From NCBI GenBank assembly GCA_963785235.1, contig CAWAUM010000012.1, positions 128,001 to 192,000 on the forward strand: a DNA stretch of 64,000 bases, in the 5' to 3' direction. Shown piece by piece: positions 9,967 to 20,400 of this stretch (position 1 is its first letter; each line of letters starts with the position of its first letter). The notes under the pieces are model-generated. The model was not told where the DNA came from. It searched no databases and saw only the letters and a list, made by a program, of their open reading frames with translations. The position numbers and the translations under genes were made by a program. This stretch comes from an uncultured delta proteobacterium. Its GTDB lineage: Bacteria; Desulfobacterota; Desulfomonilia; UBA1062.

Positions 9967-10915
9967 TTAAAGGTTTTCCCTGGAGCAAAGAATGATGTTG
10001 TTCGCGTTGACCGCCTGCATCACCGTGGAGCCCGGCTCTATATCGTGATCTAGCCACACGTTGCCGCCGATGGTGCTGCCCTTGCCGATGCGGACCCTGC
10101 CTAAGATTGTGGTTCCCGAGTAAATGATCACATCGTCCTCCACCAGTGGGTGGCGCGGGATGCCCTTGACCAGCCTGCCCTCTTCGTCCTTGGGGAAGCT
10201 CTTGGCGCCGAGCGTGACGCCCTGGTACAGGCGCACGTTTCTGCCGATATCACAGGTCTCTCCGATAACCGTTCCGGTTCCGTGGTCGATGAAGAATCGC
10301 TCGCCTATGGCTGGCGCCGGGATGGATGTCTATGCCGGTTACAGAATGGGCCATCTCGGTGATGATCCGGGGGATGATCTCCACGCCCAGCTCATAGAGC
10401 TCGTGGGCGATGCGGTAGTTGGTCATGGTCTTGATGCTGGGGTAGCAGAATATGACCTCGCTCAGGCTCTTTGCCGCCGGGTCGCCCTCGTATGCTGCCG
10501 ATACGTCGCTGATGAGCAGAGCGCGAATCCTCGGGATTGTAGCAATGAACTTCCGGGAGAGGATAATGGCCCGTTCGTTACACTCGATGCAGGCCTTTCG
10601 GTCCGTCACCTCGCACGAGAACTCAAAGCCCCTCTTTATCTGTTCGTTCAGGAGGCGCTCGATCTTCTCCAGATGGTTCCCGATGATATAGGGCATTGTG
10701 GAAAGCGTCATCTCGGAGTCGGAAAAATAGGCAGGGAAGATAACCATGCGCAGCCTTTCCACGATATCCGCAAGGACATCCAGCGAGGGCATGGCGCCTT
10801 CCAACGTGGGCCTGTGGTACACCTGGTCGAACGAATCCGGCTCGCACAGCTCATCCACTACTCTTTTTATGATATTTCCATTCTCATTGCCGTTGGTCTT
10901 CTGTTTCGGGATCAT
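9967..10915 (-). CDS. cysE: Serine O-acetyltransferase (EpsC/CysE type), +1 frameshift near 10310
   Basis: [15 protein letters not shown] then (after removing one C) [30 protein letters not shown]. Confidence 0.9.
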
Positions 10916-10952
10916 GGCGAACCTCTTAACCTCTTCACGTGGGTGTCGTCTG

Positions 10953-11585
10953 TTACGGGTTCGAGGGCTTCTCCTCGATGTTGCAGAAGTGCCTGTTCTT
11001 GTAGAACTCCAGGAGCCGTTCCACATCGTCCTTGCACTCTCCACAGACCGTGCTTACCTTGGTCTTTTCCTGAAGCTCATAGAAGGTCCTGGCGCCTTCC
11101 AGCACGGCCTCTTCGATCTCGTGGTCGGTGACGTTCATGCAGTTGCACACCACGCGGGCCTCTTCCCGTTTGATCAACTCCTTCATGCCGCTGCGCTCAT
11201 AGTAGTCGTTGATGGCGGAGCGGAGCGCCTTGTCTCCCAGCACGCTGCAGTGGATCTTGTGCTCGGGCAGGCCGCCCAGCTCCTTGTTGATGTCCTTGGG
11301 CGAAAGCTTGAATGCATCTTCGAGCTTCATGCCCTTGACCATCTCGGATAGCACCGAGGTGCTGGCAATGGCGCTGGCGCAGCCGAAGGTCTTCCACTTG
11401 CAGTCGGTGATGGTGCCCTTTTCCTTATCCACCTTGATGGCAACCACCATCTGGTCGCCGCACTTGATGTTTCCTGTCATGCCCCTGCCGTCTGCGTCAA
11501 AGGCCTTTTCATCTTCAAGGATATTCTTGGGGTGCATGAAATGCTCGAGCACCTTGTCGGTGTATACCCAGTTCACCTGTTCCAT
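10953..11585 (-). CDS. nifU: Fe-S cluster scaffold NifU (NifU_N + BFD-like 2Fe-2S domain)
   Basis: HFMHPKN, GNIKCGD, FGCASAIAS, LPEHKIHCS, VCNC...CGEC. Confidence 0.92.
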   Translation of the reverse strand: MEQVNWVYTDKVLEHFMHPKNILEDEKAFDADGRGMTGNIKCGDQMVVAIKVDKEKGTITDCKWKTFGCASAIASTSVLSEMVKGMKLEDAFKLSPKDINKELGGLPEHKIHCSVLGDKALRSAINDYYERSGMKELIKREEARVVCNCMNVTDHEIEEAVLEGARTFYELQEKTKVSTVCGECKDDVERLLEFYKNRHFCNIEEKPSNP

Positions 11586-12773
11586 TATTGCCTCCTTACA
11601 TATGCAGTGGACATGTCCCTGATGCGACCGATGACACCCGGCAGCACATGAAGCATGTAGTCGATATCTTCAGTGGTGTTCTCCCTGCCCAGGCTGATAC
11701 GGATGGAGCCGTGGGCGCACTCCGCAGGCAGGCCCGTGGCAAGGATCACGTGGGAGGGGTCCAGCGATCCGGATGCGCAGGCGCTCCCGGTGGAAACCGC
11801 TATTCCTGCAAGGTCGAGATACAGCAGTATGGCCTCGCCCTCTGCCCCTTCAAAGGACACGTTCAGCGTTCCGGGCAGACAGTCTGTCGGGATGCCCCAC
11901 AAAGAGCACGTCCGGGATCTTTTCCGCAATACCCTTTCTCAAGGCTTCTTTCATCGTGAGCAGGCGCTTTTCCTCTTCGGCCATCTCTATGGCGCGCATA
12001 TCAACAGCCTTGCCAAGCGCTATGATGCCGATGGTGTTCTCGGTACCGGCCCGCCTGCCGCGCTCCTGATGGCCTCCCCTGATGAGCGGGCAGAAAGGCG
12101 AACCCTTTCTGATATACACAGCGCCGATCCCCTTGGGGCCGTAGATCTTGTGTCCGGATAGGGTGAGGAAGTCCACACCGAGCTCGTTCACGTCCACGGG
12201 AACCTTGCCCACAGCCTGTACCGCATCCGTATGGAGCAGCGCCCCGTGTCCGTGCACGATCTTGGAGATGGCCTTGATGTCCTGTATGGTGCCGATCTCG
12301 TTGTTGGCCATCATGATGGAGACCAGTCCTGTCATGGGTCTTATGAAATCCTTGAGCTGGTCGAGGTCCACCTTGCCGTGGCTGTCCACGTCGAGGTATG
12401 TCACCTTGACACCCTTTTCCGCCATGCACCGTGAGGCCTCAAGTACGCATGGGTGCTCGATGGTGGTGGTGATGAGCTCCTTGCCGCTGCAGGCATTGAA
12501 CTCGCAGGCCCCGCACTGGCTGTTGAGGATGGAGAGCACGGTGTTGTTGCCCTCTGACCCGCTGCCTACAAACAGGATCTCTTCAGGCTTTGCCCCGATA
12601 AACCGGGCCACCTTCTCACGCGCCTCTTCCACATATTTGCGCGCAAGCCTGCCGTAACCGTGGAGGCTCGATGGGTTGCCGTATATATCAAGGGCTTCGA
12701 AGATCGACTTCTTCACCTCGGGGTGAAGAGGGGTCGTGGCATTGTTATCAAAATAGATCATCCGCTTATCCAT
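11585..12773 (-). CDS. nifS: Cysteine desulfurase NifS/IscS, +1 frameshift near 11890
   Basis: YFDNNATT, GNPSS, HTDAVQ, SGHKIYGPKG, RAGTEN; STGSACASGS in the downstream frame. Confidence 0.92.
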
Positions 12774-12945
12774 GGATTCCTCCCGGGTGAGTCTTTTATT
12801 ATGACGGCTTATTCACCCTATAGGGTTCATAACATTTACCATTCATAGGGGTATCTTTACCCTTTTTCCAGGTTTTTTTACAGATAAGTATTCATTCACC
12901 CATGGAAGGTTGACTTGGAAGGAGCGAAAAAGATAGAGGTGGGTA

Positions 12946-15084
12946 ATGTTAGAATCCTATTATGCAATGATTGCCCTTGAATTGGGCATAGCACCCGAGG
13001 CAGGTGAACGCGGTGGGCACCCTTTTGGAAGAAGGCTCCACGGTGCCGTTCATCGCCCGCTACCGCAAGGAGATCACCGGGTCTCTCGACGAGGTGGCCA
13101 TAACCGCCATCAGGGACCGGCTTAAGGACCTCGAGCAGCTCGATGCCAGGAAAGAGTCCATCATCAATTCCCTGACTGTGCAGGGAGTGCTTACCGATCT
13201 ACTGCACCAGGCAGTGGATGCTGCCAGGACCGTCGCCGAACTGGAAGACATCTACCTCCCCTACCGTCCCAAGCGTAGGACCAGGGCCACAATCGCCCGC
13301 GAAAAAGGCCTGGAGCCCCTGGCGGAGCTCATCTTTTCCCAGCCTGATGGGACCGAGCCTGCCAGAGAGGCTTTGGCCTACATCAATAAGGAACTTGGCG
13401 TGGAAACTGCTGACGATGCCCTGGCAGGTGCCCGGGATATCATGGCAGAGCGCATGGCCGAAGATGCGGATGTAAGGGCACTCATGCGCGCCCTTTTCGA
13501 AAAGGAGGGGACCATACGGTCCGAGGTCGTAGACAGCACTGCAGAACAAGCCGCAACGTACCGGGATTACTTTGACTGGCAGGAACCCGCGGCCAAGGCG
13601 CCATCCCACCGTGTGCTGGCCATGTTCCGCGGGAACAAGGAGGGCTTCCTGAAAACCTCCATCCGGGTGCCTGAGGCAACGGCCCTGGGGCTTATGGAAA
13701 GACAGGTATGTACAGGTCGTGGGGCATGTACGGAGCAGGTTCGGCAGGCATGCGTGGACAGCTGCAAGAGACTCCTCATGCCTTCAATGGAAAACGAGTT
13801 CAGGGGCGTGCTGAAATCGCGGGCTGACGAAGAGGCGATCCAGGTGTTTGCCAGAAACCTGCGCGAGCTCCTCATGGCGCCCCCGCTCGGCAGGAAAAGG
13901 GTTCTGGCCATTGATCCCGGCTTCCGCACCGGGTGCAAGGTAGTCTGTCTCGACAGCCAGGGTTCGCTCCTCCACCATGACGTGATCTATCCAAGCCAGT
14001 CCGCAGCCAGGGTGGAAGAAGCTGCAAAGAAAATCAAGGAGATGGTTATTCAGTACACTATCGAGGCCATTGCCATCGGGAACGGAACCGCAGGCCGCGA
14101 GACCGAGTCCTTTGTGCGCGGCCTGGACCTCAAACAGCAGGTGATCATGGTAAACGAGAGCGGCGCATCGATTTATTCCGCCTCGGAAACCGCGCGCCAT
14201 GAATTCCCGGATCATGACATTACCGTGCGCGGGGCCGTATCCATCGGAAGGCGGCTCATGGACCCTCTGGCAGAGCTGGTGAAGATCGACCCCAAGGCAA
14301 TCGGCGTGGGCCAATACCAGCACGACGTGGATCAGGCAAGGCTCAAGGATAAGCTGGACGACCTGGTTCAAAGCTGCGTCAATGCCGTGGGGGTAGAGGT
14401 GAATACGGCAAGCCCTGAACTCCTCACGTATGTGTCGGGCCTGGGCAGAACCCTGGCAGGCAATATTACCACCTATCGCTACTGAACATGGGCCCTTTAA
14501 AAGCCGTGGCGAGCTCAAGAAGGTCCCACGCCTCGGTGCCAAGGCCTTTGAGCTATCAGCCGGTTTCCTGCGCATCCGGGACGGATTCGCTCCCACTCGA
14601 TGCAAGCGCAGTGCACCCGGAGCGGTATGCTCTGGTGGAACGTATGGCAAAAGACCTGGGCTGCACGGTATCGAAACTGATGCAAGACCCTGAGCTGCAT
14701 TCGCGGATAGACCTGAAACGCTATGAGAGCGACACCGTGGGCATACCCACCCTGAAGGACATCATGGCCGAACTTGCCAAGCCCGGCAGGGACCCGCGCG
14801 AGCAGTTCGAGTCCTTCAGCTTTACCGAGAACATAAACACCATTGAAGACCTCTCAGCAGGCATGGAGCTGCCGGGCATAGTGACCAATGTGACCAACTT
14901 CGGGGCCTTTGTGGATATCGGGGTCCACCAGGACGGCCTTGTGCACATAAGCCAGCTTGCCGACCGGTTCGTGAAGGACGCCTCTGATGTGGTGAAGGTG
15001 AACCAGAAGGTGCTGGTGCGTGTTCTCGAGGTAGACACAAAGCGCTCCCGCATATCCTTGTCCATGAAAAAACCCGGTTCATAG
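12946..15084 (+). CDS. tex: Tex RNA-binding transcriptional accessory protein, frameshifts near 12995, 14481 and 14590
   Basis: [47 protein letters not shown]-terminal S1 domain ([22 protein letters not shown]). Confidence 0.92.
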
Positions 15085-15090
15085 TGGTCG

Positions 15091-15108
15091 AGCCCTGAGA
15101 GGGCTTTG
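15091..15108 (+). terminator. Possible weak terminator after tex
   Basis: agccct-gag-agggct-ttg hairpin a few nt after the stop. Confidence 0.35.
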
Positions 15109-15403
15109 TCACATGGAGAAACCAGCGCTTTTCGTACACATGGTTACAATTATTACCAATTCCCTGACCATCAACCCTCACAATATATTGATATTACAAA
15201 GTCATATTTCCTGGCACAGAGGTTGTAAGTTGTTTGGTCATGGCCCAACTGTTCAAAATTCTTCCGGCAAAATGTTATCCACTTCATGATGCTGCTTGCA
15301 TCATGATCAATACTTTTTTGACTAAGTTCACCGAGGTATACCGGTTGATTTATGGTGAGACAAGTATTTATCAATCCTGGGTATTGATGAAAGAAGGTAT
15401 AGA

Positions 15404-15628
15404 TTGATTACATTGAAATATTCAACAAATAATGGATTCTCATTCCAGGTTTTAGATGATAACCAGCCTATAGGAAGTGTCAGTATTAATACAAGGCTGA
15501 CATGTGACAAGTATCTTGCAATGATTCATGGGGAAGGAGCCGAAGATTGCAGCGAAAAGGAATTTGATACCCCTCATGATGCATTGTGTTGGCTGGAGAA
15601 ACGCAGAGTAAAGGGCAAAGGTAGTTAA
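15404..15628 (+). CDS. Small hypothetical protein
   Basis: 74-aa ORF in AT-rich island with purine-rich upstream sequence (agaagg); no recognisable family. Confidence 0.35.
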   Translation: MITLKYSTNNGFSFQVLDDNQPIGSVSINTRLTCDKYLAMIHGEGAEDCSEKEFDTPHDALCWLEKRRVKGKGS

Positions 15629-16286
15629 TAGATAATCAAATGCTACCTGACCAAGCGGAACACATCCGGCAGATCGTCTCCCTGGCCTGCAGGAGAATCG
15701 TACTGTAGTGACTCAAGGATGAGCACTATCTCAAAGAACCTTATGATGAGCCGCCGCTCGTACTCTATGATGTCCCCGTCAGAAGACTTTGCAAAAAGCG
15801 AGGCGAGAATTCCACTGTATGCCGCTGCAGAAGGATATGATATTGTCTTTAAGGGATCTCAATAATCTTATCCGCTCAGGTTGAAAAGTGACACGCTCAC
15901 CAAAATTGAGTTGAGATGCTCTCTTGAAATGAGAGGTTCGAGACAGGTGAAATAATTCAGCATCATCCGGCCATCCAGTGTTGAGACAAAAAGATTTATC
16001 AGTCCCCAGACTGCGGATGCTCAATACCGAGTTTAAACCGATCATTTTCTATCGAATAATTCCCGTATCGTGTTTCAATATCATAGATTTCCGAGATTTG
16101 AAATCGCCGCATTAAGGGGGAAGCTCTTATATAAATTGATATAACTCAAAGCGTGTGTATACACTAATAATATTATAACGCTATGCAAGCGAGGCCTCCT
16201 CATCTAGAATTTGGTGATTAGGGAACATTATCTATATTTGCTGTCTATTTATTGTTATGCTTTCATATAACAAGAAGGAAGGTGCT

Positions 16287-17229
16287 ATGATCTTAGGATT
16301 TCCAATTCAACTCCTCACTAAACTATGTTGCACCAGTGATGGTGCGGCTCTCGAACTCGACCAGAATTGTCAACTGAGTGAAGATGGGGGCTTCGTCAGA
16401 AACGGGACATTACATTGCAGCCGCTGTAACAAATCGTTTGCGATTAATGACGGTATCTTGAATATGATGAATGACGTTGTATTCCACGAGGAAAGTAAAC
16501 ATGCGCAGGGACTATTTAACGAAACTGCTAATAGAATTGAGAACTGTTACCGGATCAGCTTGGTAAGAAAACGAAGATAACTACATGGAAGATGTTTCGC
16601 ACTCTGGACGCCTTGTCTGTAGATCAAGAAAAGACAATATTAGAACTAGGGTGCGGTGATGGGCGTTATACTCTTCTCCTAGCTGGTAAGTGCCAGTGGA
16701 TATTGGCAATTGATTTTTCCTTGGAGTTACTACGGAGTCTACAACAACGGCTGCAAGATACTGAAATGTCGCACTAGTGTTCGGTGATGTCACAACCATG
16801 AAAGTCTGCGCTGCTAGTTTTGATCGTGCCTTGTCTACCCTCGGTTCTAATCTACCCACGCAGGAACATGCAGAAATGCGATGTATAAGCTGGCTTCAAA
16901 TGCGCTTAGGCCCATTGGGCGCTATATTGACAGTATACGTAATCATGGGTTGCGGCAAAGGCTATACGGTGTAACAAAATCGTGAAGGTACGAGCACGGA
17001 GGTATACTATCGGTACATTTTCACTATCAGAGAGTGTAAGTCAGCGTCATGACCGTATTTTGAAGTGATTAAGGCAAAGCCAATTCAAATCTACCTTCCA
17101 TTTGTTCGTAGGCTACGACTGCCTTTAGTCACTCTTTCCCGTTTTCTTGAGCGTATTCCGCTGGTCAACAGCCTAGGTGAGCATATTTTGTGCACGCTGA
17201 GCGGCCAATTCAAGCCAATCTAGACCTAG
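16287..17229 (+). pseudogene. Fragmented Trm112-like + class I SAM methyltransferase
   Basis: 'CCTSDGAALEL..GTLHCSRCNKSFAINDGIL' then 'ILELGCGDGRYT', 'AIDFS', 'FDRALST' in different frames with stops; 3' end approximate. Confidence 0.7.
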
Positions 17230-17396
17230 ATAATGCTTAAAACCGCATTACCTCGCACGGGTTATTCCATGATGCTCTATCAGTCATCAAGTTAGGAAGC
17301 GCATTTAGGTATAGAGTTCGTGATAATCATCTAAAAGGCACCTTTGCCAAGATCGCACGGCTATAATACAGACAATAACTCAGGAGGAGGTGTGTC

Positions 17397-18415
17397 ATGA
17401 GTGAGCTGTATGCCGGATTGGATCTCCATTCAGGGAACACTTACATAGGGCTGATCGAGAAGGGAACAATGAAGCGAGTTTTCGAGAAGCGGGTAAAGAA
17501 TAACCTGGAAGAACTTGTATGGACTCTGACCCCTTACCGTGATGAGATCAGGGGGATAGCAGTCGAGAGCACCTTCAACTGGTACTGGCTGGTGGATGGG
17601 CTGAATGAGGCTGGATATGATGTGTGCATCTAGCCAATCCTGCAGCGATACAGCAGTACAAGGGGCTCAAGTATGCGGATGACCGTCATGATGCCTTCTG
17701 GCTTGCGCAGATGCTGTCTCTAGGCATCCTACCCGAAGGATATATTTATCCCAGAGAAGAGCGACCGGTTCGGGATCTGCTTGAGGAAGAGATCATTCCT
17801 GGTAAAGCAAAGAACAGCCCATATCATCTCGCTGCAGTCCATGATCGAGCGAAACACGGGTGTCACATGAGTGCGAATGCATTGAGGAAGGTCAAAGCGG
17901 AAGACATCAAAGGGATATTGAAAGAGGACCACTGGTGCTCCTGGGAACGACGAGTCTTGAGACCATAGCCTTTCTCGAAGAACATCAGGAACATCGAGAA
18001 GACGGTTAAGAGAGACGTGAAGACGAGAGATGCTTCCGAGAAGCTGCACATGGTTCCCGGGATCGGTGATATCCTTGCCATGACGATCCTGCTGGAAGTG
18101 GGGGATATCTCTCGTTTTGCCAGGGTGGGAGACTTCACCTCCTACTGCCGGTGTGTACCTACGGGCAGATTTCCAACGGGAAGACAAGGGAAAAGGCAAT
18201 GCGAAGAATGGGAACCGGTATCTGGCCTGGGCATTCACCGAGGCGGCATTTATCTCACTCAGGCAGTCCCCAAGATCGCCGGTTACTACAAGAGGAAGGC
18301 TTCGAAAACCCACAGGATGGTAGCAATCAAGACCATAGCAAGCAAGCTTGCCAGGGCCTGCTACTATATGCTCAGAGATGGCGTTGAGTTCAAGGAAGAG
18401 ATGCTCTTTTGCTGA
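17397..18415 (+). pseudogene. IS110 DEDD transposase/recombinase, multiply frameshifted
   Basis: YAGLDLHS, AVESTFNWYWLVD, KYADDRHDA, VPGIG..LEVGDISRF, KNGNRYLAWAFTEAA, KLARACYYML. Confidence 0.9.
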
Positions 18416-18850
18416 GCAGGGGAAGAACGGTGAGACAGTGACTTTTGGTGGCTAAGAACCATTTTCATGGTTGGTCCACCGTTTCCCCCTCTCACATAAA
18501 CAAGAATCCAGCGGAGGTAATACCGATGGTTCAGATCTGCCTTTGCCATGAGTCTATAAGGTGTGGCCGGAAGAGCCTATCGTCATGTCACTTACAATTG
18601 AACATGGCAAGGAACCGATATTTTTCTGGGACAGCAGATGCTGTTAGGGGCGTACGGGTTGAGAGGGCTACTCATCTAGGTTCATCCTCTCGCTGTACAG
18701 TCTAAAACCCGATGGGTGCCTGGTGCAGATTGTAATCTGTCACCTGAGCATAATGAAAAATAGGGCGCAGAAAGGGAATCGTTGGCATGATCCCAGCTGG
18801 CTATACGTTAGACCTGCAAAAAAAGTGCGATGGTGAACTATGTTTTTATT
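18416..18850 (+). ncRNA. Candidate bridge/seek RNA region of the IS1111-like element
   Basis: Stem pairs ggggaagaacggtg/caccgtttcccc, ttgccatg/catggcaa, ggtgcagat/atctgtcacc; atgggtgcc (18712-18720) is identical to the element right end (18866-18874). Confidence 0.45.
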
Positions 18851-19136
18851 GACAGGGGCCTTTTAATGGGTGCCATACTCAAAGCTTTGACTATATTGAA
18901 TGTTTGTAAACATAATCTCTACTCTTTGAGATGGACCAGACTCCACAAGGAGGGTTTATTGAAGTTGTCGATAGTTGCATGTTTTGAAGGTATCACTAAA
19001 TCTATACAGTGTTAAAGCTTTGAATCGTTATCTATGGTCATAACCATAGGTTTCTTTACGCTCGCTCCCGCTGATGCAAGATATCCTCCAGAGAAAATTG
19101 CCTTCCTATATTTCAAGATTGCAGATCCATCGCAGA

Positions 19137-20324
19137 TTACCCCCACCATCCTTTCTGACGCCGGTACCAGATGTGCGGGAATAAATTGTAGACCATACCT
19201 GAAAAGGGGCCGATATACTCATTGCTTCTCCTGTCGAACTGGCAGGCTTTAATAATCTGCTCCCTGATGTCTTCCCTGGTTCCTCTCTCGTTGAATATTC
19301 TGTAGGCGCTGCGGAAAATGGGGCTGTACATGTTTTTGCTTTCGAGGTACCGGTAGACGCTCTTCAGGGTGCCTGGCCCCTCCGGCGTGCCGTCGATGCC
19401 CGCGATGACCCGCTGGTGTGTTTCAATGGTGTTCCCCGTGTAGCATTCATAGAAATTTTTTCCGTACCGGTAGTTCTTGCTGGCGTTCGAAGAAAGGGTA
19501 ACGTACATGTCACCCACGCCTGCCTGGCCGAGAAAGGTAAGAAAGTGGCCTCCGAGGATTTTCGAGAGCGCCCGCATCTCGACACCGGACCTTGCGAAGA
19601 TGGTACCCGGGATCGAGCTTCCCATATGGCAGCAGTCGGCGAGCCCCTTTATGTTCGCCACGATGTTCTTCAGCGCTCCGCATGCCTCTACGCCCACCGT
19701 GTCGCAATTGTAGTATGAACTCAGCTCCCCTCTGTTCTGTGCGAAAAACTCGCGCCTCACCACTGAGGCAATGTGCCTGTTGCCGGCCACCGTGACACAG
19801 ACGGGGTTACCCACGGCGAGGTCCACGTCGAAGAAGGGCCCTCCTATGCAGATGATGTCGTAACGATGATGGAGGTCAAAGAGGTATGTATTGATCATCT
19901 GCGAGGGCGTGATGAGTTCGTTTTTCCGTCCCACCGAGGCGAGGCTCTTGATGGGGGAGATGAGACATGTTTTTGTCTTTTTCTTCGCGAGGCGAGGCTT
20001 CAGGTGATTTAAGAATTCGGGAAGTCCCTTCATGTTGATGGCGAGTACGATGAAGTCGTGCTCCTTTACGACTTCATCGAGGTCGTTCGTTGCCATGACG
20101 CGCTCGGTAAGTCTCGGCACCTTCTCCGCACTGCCGGATATCCTCGCAAGGTCCTCAGTCAGGTGTTTCGGGTTCAGGTGTGTGGTGTTTATTTCATGGC
20201 ACAGGGCCTCGGAGTTGTAGTAGATGGTTATTTCTTTGCCGTCGCGTCCCCATTTATAGGCAAAAGCGGTTCCGAGCCGCCCAGGCCCTATGATAGCGAT
20301 TTTGTCAGGATTCATTTTATGCAT
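19137..20324 (-). CDS. NAD(P)H-dependent glycerol-3-phosphate dehydrogenase-like protein (divergent GpsA family)
   Basis: Rossmann IIGPGRLG, GVEACGALKNIVA, AGVGDMYVT, SKNYRYG, PEG. Confidence 0.8.
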   Translation of the reverse strand: MHKMNPDKIAIIGPGRLGTAFAYKWGRDGKEITIYYNSEALCHEINTTHLNPKHLTEDLARISGSAEKVPRLTERVMATNDLDEVVKEHDFIVLAINMKGLPEFLNHLKPRLAKKKTKTCLISPIKSLASVGRKNELITPSQMINTYLFDLHHRYDIICIGGPFFDVDLAVGNPVCVTVAGNRHIASVVRREFFAQNRGELSSYYNCDTVGVEACGALKNIVANIKGLADCCHMGSSIPGTIFARSGVEMRALSKILGGHFLTFLGQAGVGDMYVTLSSNASKNYRYGKNFYECYTGNTIETHQRVIAGIDGTPEGPGTLKSVYRYLESKNMYSPIFRSAYRIFNERGTREDIREQIIKACQFDRRSNEYIGPFSGMVYNLFPHIWYRRQKGWWG

Positions 20325-20400
20325 GATTGCGCAATGTCCCCCACATTATACAAGGTGTTGTGAATTGTCTTGACCGGGCTTATACTATTATTAAAATATT

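Larger units (their letters stand above)
17320..18874 (+). mobile_element. IS110-family insertion sequence, IS1111 subgroup, degenerate
   Basis: Sub-terminal IRs catctaaaaggcacct (17328-17343) / aggggccttttaatg (18854-18868); TTGACA at right end, GATAAT at left end; long 3' non-coding end. Confidence 0.8.

Noticed and set aside
10124-11351. Long plus-strand ORFs opposite cysE/nifU, and similar antisense ORFs elsewhere (e.g. 20425-21603, 21661-22947)
   Set aside because: Shadow ORFs of GC-rich coding strands with no recognisable motifs
15640-16045. Short ORF-like scraps in the AT-rich island
   Set aside because: Interrupted by stops and no family could be recognised
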